A DNA stretch of 38,770 nt, taken from the NCBI GenBank assembly GCA_046732155.1, contig JBKPMM010000134.1, positions 1 through 38,770 on the forward strand, read 5' to 3'. Position numbers and translations under genes: made by a program. The notes below the pieces were generated by a model. The model had not been told where the DNA came from. It did not search any database and saw only the letters and a list, made by a program, of their open reading frames with translations. Positions 35,033-38,770 of this stretch are shown here, in pieces (the stretch's first letter is position 1; every line of letters starts with the position of its first letter). Origin of the DNA: Chloroflexota bacterium. Its GTDB lineage: Bacteria; Chloroflexota; Limnocylindria; Limnocylindrales; CSP1-4.

Positions 35033-35988
35033 CGGAGATCGTTCGCACCGAAGGCCTCGTGAAGCGCTACGACGGGACGCTGGCCGTGGCGGGTGTCGAC
35101 CTGTCCGTCGATACCGGCGAGATCTTCGGTCTCGTCGGTCCGAACGGTGCCGGCAAGACGACGACGCTGCGCATCCTCGCGACGCTGCTCGCACCGTCCG
35201 CCGGGACCGCGGAGATCGCGGGGATGTCCGTCACCCGGAACCCCGACCAGGTCCGCCGCGTCATCGGCTTCATGCCGGACTCGTTCGGCGTGTACGACGA
35301 CATGAAGGTCTGGGAGTACCTCGATTTCTTCGCACGCTGCTACGGCATCGCTCCCGCCGCGAGGCGTCGCGTGATCACCGATCTGCTCGAGCTCGTCGAT
35401 CTCGCGCCCAAGCGCCACGAGTACGTGCAGACGCTTTCCCGCGGGATGCAGCAGCGACTGTGCCTCGCGCACTCGCTCGTGCATGACCCGCAAGTGTTGC
35501 TCCTCGACGAGCCGGCGTCGGGTCTCGATCCGCGCGCTCGCGTCGAACTCCGCGAACTCCTGCGCGAACTGAGGGCGATGGGCAAGACGATCCTCATCAG
35601 CAGCCACATCCTTCCCGAGCTCGAGGAGCTGTGCACGAGCGTCGCGATCATCGATCGCGGCCAGGTGCTGGCGCAGGGCCGCGTGGCGGAGATCGAGAAG
35701 CGACTGCGGTTCGGCGCCGTCCTCCGCGTGAGGCTCCTGCTCGAGGGCGAGGCGCTCGAGACCGCTCGCGACCGACTCGCTGCGGACGACGATGTGGCGT
35801 CGGCGGTGATCCTGGACGACGGCACCATCGAGCTCGGCTTCCGCGGCGACGACGAAGCGACGGCCCGTTTGCTCAAGGAGACCGTGGCGGCAGGACTGCC
35901 GGTCGTCAGCTTCTCGCGGGCGGCAAGTGATCTGGAGGAGCTGTTCCTGCAGGTCACCGCCGCGGACGAGCCGGTCGCGGCGGCATAG
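35029..35988 (+). CDS. ABC transporter ATP-binding protein (DrrA/ABC-2 type)
   Basis: GPNGAGKTT, LSRGMQQR, DEPASGLDP, ISSHIL, LEELF; ATGA overlap. Confidence 0.9.
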   Translation: MTEIVRTEGLVKRYDGTLAVAGVDLSVDTGEIFGLVGPNGAGKTTTLRILATLLAPSAGTAEIAGMSVTRNPDQVRRVIGFMPDSFGVYDDMKVWEYLDFFARCYGIAPAARRRVITDLLELVDLAPKRHEYVQTLSRGMQQRLCLAHSLVHDPQVLLLDEPASGLDPRARVELRELLRELRAMGKTILISSHILPELEELCTSVAIIDRGQVLAQGRVAEIEKRLRFGAVLRVRLLLEGEALETARDRLAADDDVASAVILDDGTIELGFRGDDEATARLLKETVAAGLPVVSFSRAASDLEELFLQVTAADEPVAAA

Positions 35989-35997
35989 GAGGCGAGA

Positions 35998-37179
35998 GTG
36001 GCCGAGATGACTGCGACGCCGGTCCGTCCCTCGAGCCCCCGGTTCGGGGCGGTGCTCCGAGCGATCGGCGGGATCGCGGCCATCGGCGTGAAGGAGCTGC
36101 GCGGTCGGATGCGCGGCCGACGCGCATTCATCATCCTGACCGTCTACCTGCTCCTGCTTGGCGGCTTCGCCCTGATGGTCGAGCAGATCATGGAGCAGCA
36201 GTTCCAGAACCCGTTCGCAGGTGCATCGGCCACCGCCGGACCGGCCATCGGTCAGGCGATCTTTGCGGCGGTCCTGTTGCTGATGACGCTCCAGGTCGTC
36301 TTCCTGGCGCCATCGTCGACGGCGGGCGCCATCTCGCTCGAACGGGAGAAGCAGACGCTCGAGCTCCTCGTCACGACGCCGATCAGCTCGTTCGCCATCG
36401 TCATCGGCAAGCTCCTCTCGGCGCTCGTGTACGTGTTCCTCCTGATCGCCGCGTCGATCCCGCTGATGGCCGTCGTGTTCGTGTTCGGTGGCGTGGGGCC
36501 CGAGGACATCGTCCGTGGTTACATCGTGTTGATCGTCACCGCCCTCGGTCTTGGTTCGTTCGGCATCCTGTGCTCGAGCCTGGTGAAGCGTACGACCGCA
36601 TCGACCGCGATCACGATCTTTGGCGTCCTCGCGATCACGATCGGCACGATCTTCCTGCTGGTCTTCTGGCAGGCGATGGGCTCGTTCGATGCGACCGGCA
36701 ATCGTCGACCGGGGCCGCTCGGGATCCGAACGCCCTACCCCCTCGCATGGATCAACCCGTTCCTCGCCCAGGCCGACGTCCTGTGCGGCACCGAGTCGAC
36801 CTTCGGTGGCGGCTGGTGCTCCGTCGTCCAGGGCCTTGCCCCGACGACCGATAACGGCGTGATCATCAACAACGTCGGTGGCGGCGGCGGTGTCCCTGTA
36901 CCGGTGCCGATGCCCGTCCAGGCCGTCCCCGAGAAGGGGTTCGCCCCGGGTGGCGCGGTCGCGATCGACGACCAGGGCGGTCCGATCGCGAACGACGTCG
37001 CCGCCCAGCCATTCGGGGCTCGCCAGGACTCGCTCTGGCCGAAGACGGTCGCGATGTGGCTCGGGATGTCGGTGTTCTTCATCCTCCTGTCTGTCCAGGC
37101 CGTGTCGCCCACGCGCCGCTGGCGATTCCTGCGTCGGCCCCGGCGACGCGCTAAGGCTCCCGAGGGTGAGGCACCGTGA
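35998..37179 (+). CDS. ABC-2 type permease
   Basis: KELRGRMRG, AISLEREKQTLELLVTTP, IVIGKL; multiple TM segments. Confidence 0.87.
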   Translation: MAEMTATPVRPSSPRFGAVLRAIGGIAAIGVKELRGRMRGRRAFIILTVYLLLLGGFALMVEQIMEQQFQNPFAGASATAGPAIGQAIFAAVLLLMTLQVVFLAPSSTAGAISLEREKQTLELLVTTPISSFAIVIGKLLSALVYVFLLIAASIPLMAVVFVFGGVGPEDIVRGYIVLIVTALGLGSFGILCSSLVKRTTASTAITIFGVLAITIGTIFLLVFWQAMGSFDATGNRRPGPLGIRTPYPLAWINPFLAQADVLCGTESTFGGGWCSVVQGLAPTTDNGVIINNVGGGGGVPVPVPMPVQAVPEKGFAPGGAVAIDDQGGPIANDVAAQPFGARQDSLWPKTVAMWLGMSVFFILLSVQAVSPTRRWRFLRRPRRRAKAPEGEAP

Positions 37180-38770
37180 CGATCGGTCTTCCCCGGACGG
37201 CGACGTTCCCCGGGCGGCGGCGCCGGTCGCCGGTCGAGCGCGTGGTCGTGCCGCCGGATCCGCGTGCATCGCTGACCGGCCCCCTCGACCCGACGCTCGA
37301 ACAGATCCGCGGCGAGCTCGGTGGGCATCGGGCGCGGCTGTGGTTCCGCCGGATCGTGCGCCGGACGTGGGTCGCGCTTGCGGCCATCGCCGTCTGCGAA
37401 CTCGTCCTCTGGACCGTGGCGCGCTTCGTGCCACTCGAAGCCGCACCCCTCGTCGCCGTCACGATCCCGATCGTCGTCCTGCTGGTCCTGCTGGTCGCCG
37501 TCCTGCGGGCGCGGCCATCGATCGGCGAGACGGCACTGGCCGTCGACGTCGAGGGCGGTCTCGGCGACCGCGTCTCCTCGGCGCTCGAGCTCGCGGTCGG
37601 CTTCCCGGCTTCGGCCACCCCATCGCCGGAGGATGTCGACCTCGACGCACCGGTCGCCGCGTTCGATGAGGCGGCGGAGACCGATCGCTTCGTCCGCCGC
37701 CAGCGACGGGATGCGCTCGCGACCCTTCGAACGGCACCGCACCTCTTCAAGCCACGGTTCTCGCGTAGTCCGGCGATCGCCGCGCTCGCCGCCGTGGCCC
37801 TGCTCGTCCCCGTCGTCGCCTTGCCGAACCCGCAGACGGCCGTCATCGCGCGGCAGCGCGAGGTCCGAGATGCGGCGGCGCGCCAGGCGGAGCGGATCGA
37901 GGCGGTCGCGCGCGACCTGCAGGACAAGGGCCGGACCGCCGACGACCCGAGGACCCGTCTCGCCGAGGAGCTTCGTGAGCTCGCGCGCCAGCTCCGTGAC
38001 AAGCCGGGCGAGCTGGCGGCGAACCTGCAGCAGCTCGGCGCGGTCGAAAGCGATGTCCGAGCCCAGATCGACCCAGCCACGGAACAGCGCGCGTCGGCGA
38101 TGACGTCGCTGTCACGTTCACTCTCGAGGGCGGCGACCGGAAACCCGGACGCGAACCGCGACGGCGACCCCGAGAAGTCCCGGGAGGACCTCGACAAGCT
38201 CGGCGACAAGCTCGACTCGATGAGTGACGCGCAGCGTCGCGACCTCGCGCAACAGCTCGCCGAGATGCAGTCGACGGCAAAGGCCGCGGACGGAGCGGCC
38301 GCGACGGCGTTGGGCGCGGCGGCACAAAGCCTCGCCCAGGGCGACACAGCGGGTGCGCGTTCGGCGCTCGATCGACTCGGCGATGCCCTGAACGGTGCCC
38401 AGCAGAACGTGGCCACGAACCGTGATCTCGCGGAGGCCGCGTCGCGGCTCCAGGATGCGCGGCGCGACCTCGCGGATGCCGGCCAGCAGGGTCAGGGTCA
38501 GCAGCAGGGCCAGGGTCAAGGTCAGCAGGGCCAGGGCCAGGGAAGCCCGCGCCCGAGCGGTAGCGGCCTGGCACAAGGCCAAGGTCAGGGGCAAGGCCAA
38601 GGCCAAGGCCAGGGTCAGGGCCAAGGCCAAGGCCAGGGTCAGGGCCAAGGCCAGGGTCAGGGCCAAGGCCAGGGTCAGGGCCAAGGCCAGGGGCAGGGTC
38701 AAGGCCAAGGCCAGGGGCAGGGCCAGGGGCAGGGCGGCGTCGGCGGCGGAGGCTCGAACGCCCGCTCCCT
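37176..38770 (+). CDS. Membrane-anchored coiled-coil protein with Gly-Gln repeat tail (partial, runs off right end)
   Basis: Not in the track because it has no stop in the window. GTG 37176 overlaps the previous TGA; reads VTIGLPRTATFPG...; TM helices, GLGDRVSSALE motif, heptad-rich region, then (GQ)n. Confidence 0.8.
   Translation, partial: MTIGLPRTATFPGRRRRSPVERVVVPPDPRASLTGPLDPTLEQIRGELGGHRARLWFRRIVRRTWVALAAIAVCELVLWTVARFVPLEAAPLVAVTIPIVVLLVLLVAVLRARPSIGETALAVDVEGGLGDRVSSALELAVGFPASATPSPEDVDLDAPVAAFDEAAETDRFVRRQRRDALATLRTAPHLFKPRFSRSPAIAALAAVALLVPVVALPNPQTAVIARQREVRDAAARQAERIEAVARDLQDKGRTADDPRTRLAEELRELARQLRDKPGELAANLQQLGAVESDVRAQIDPATEQRASAMTSLSRSLSRAATGNPDANRDGDPEKSREDLDKLGDKLDSMSDAQRRDLAQQLAEMQSTAKAADGAAATALGAAAQSLAQGDTAGARSALDRLGDALNGAQQNVATNRDLAEAASRLQDARRDLADAGQQGQGQQQGQGQGQQGQGQGSPRPSGSGLAQGQGQGQGQGQGQGQGQGQGQGQGQGQGQGQGQGQGQGQGQGQGQGQGQGQGQGGVGGGGSNARS
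38485..38735 (+). repeat. Hexanucleotide tandem repeat GGNCAR encoding (Gly-Gln)n
   Basis: GGCCAA/GGCCAG/GGTCAG/GGGCAG units, uninterrupted from about 38577 to 38732. Confidence 0.9.

Noticed and set aside
417-37446. Many long antisense or alternate-frame ORFs (e.g. 417..1466-, 17489..19174-, 35026..37446-)
   Set aside because: Shadows of real genes, expected in high-GC DNA; they carry no motifs and overlap well-supported CDSs.
38485-38735. CRISPR-like or non-coding repeat; antisense ORF 38118..38708 (LALTLA...)
   Set aside because: In-frame hexamers with synonymous variation encode GQ; there are no spacers; the antisense ORF is a shadow.

Overview
High-GC (about 70% by eye) bacterial chromosomal window. 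Gene content and style suggest Chloroflexota or a similar soil lineage (inference only). No integrase, transposase, phage genes, rRNA or CRISPR array were seen. Left to right: (1) 5' part of a secreted protein; (2) an amine-utilisation-like cluster with LivGFHM-type ABC genes converging on amidohydrolase, GS-like gamma-glutamyl ligase, LivJ-type lipoprotein and PuuD-like hydrolase; (3) two small convergent look-alike ORFs; (4) an SDR and a PotABCD-like ABC transporter with a divergent LacI regulator; (5) a CDF-like membrane protein; (6) a structured non-coding segment of about 600 nt with GGGG-loop hairpins (candidate novel sRNA); (7) an orphan amino-DNA methyltransferase, two small hypothetical genes and a cluster of four DnaA-box-like 9-mers; (8) a DUF1611/enolase-epimerase pair (DgcN/DgcA-like), DUF1801, an F420-dependent reductase with divergent TetR, a PaaK-like ligase and an ECF sigma with a TolB-like partner; (9) tRNA-Glu(CTC); (10) a secreted alginate-lyase-like multidomain protein, an alpha/beta hydrolase lacking its nucleophile, and DUF1015; (11) a membrane protein/ABC/coiled-coil GQ-repeat operon running off the right end. 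Five genes show an identical TANNNT-6 nt-start leaderless layout. All family calls come from motif recognition by eye, not database searches.
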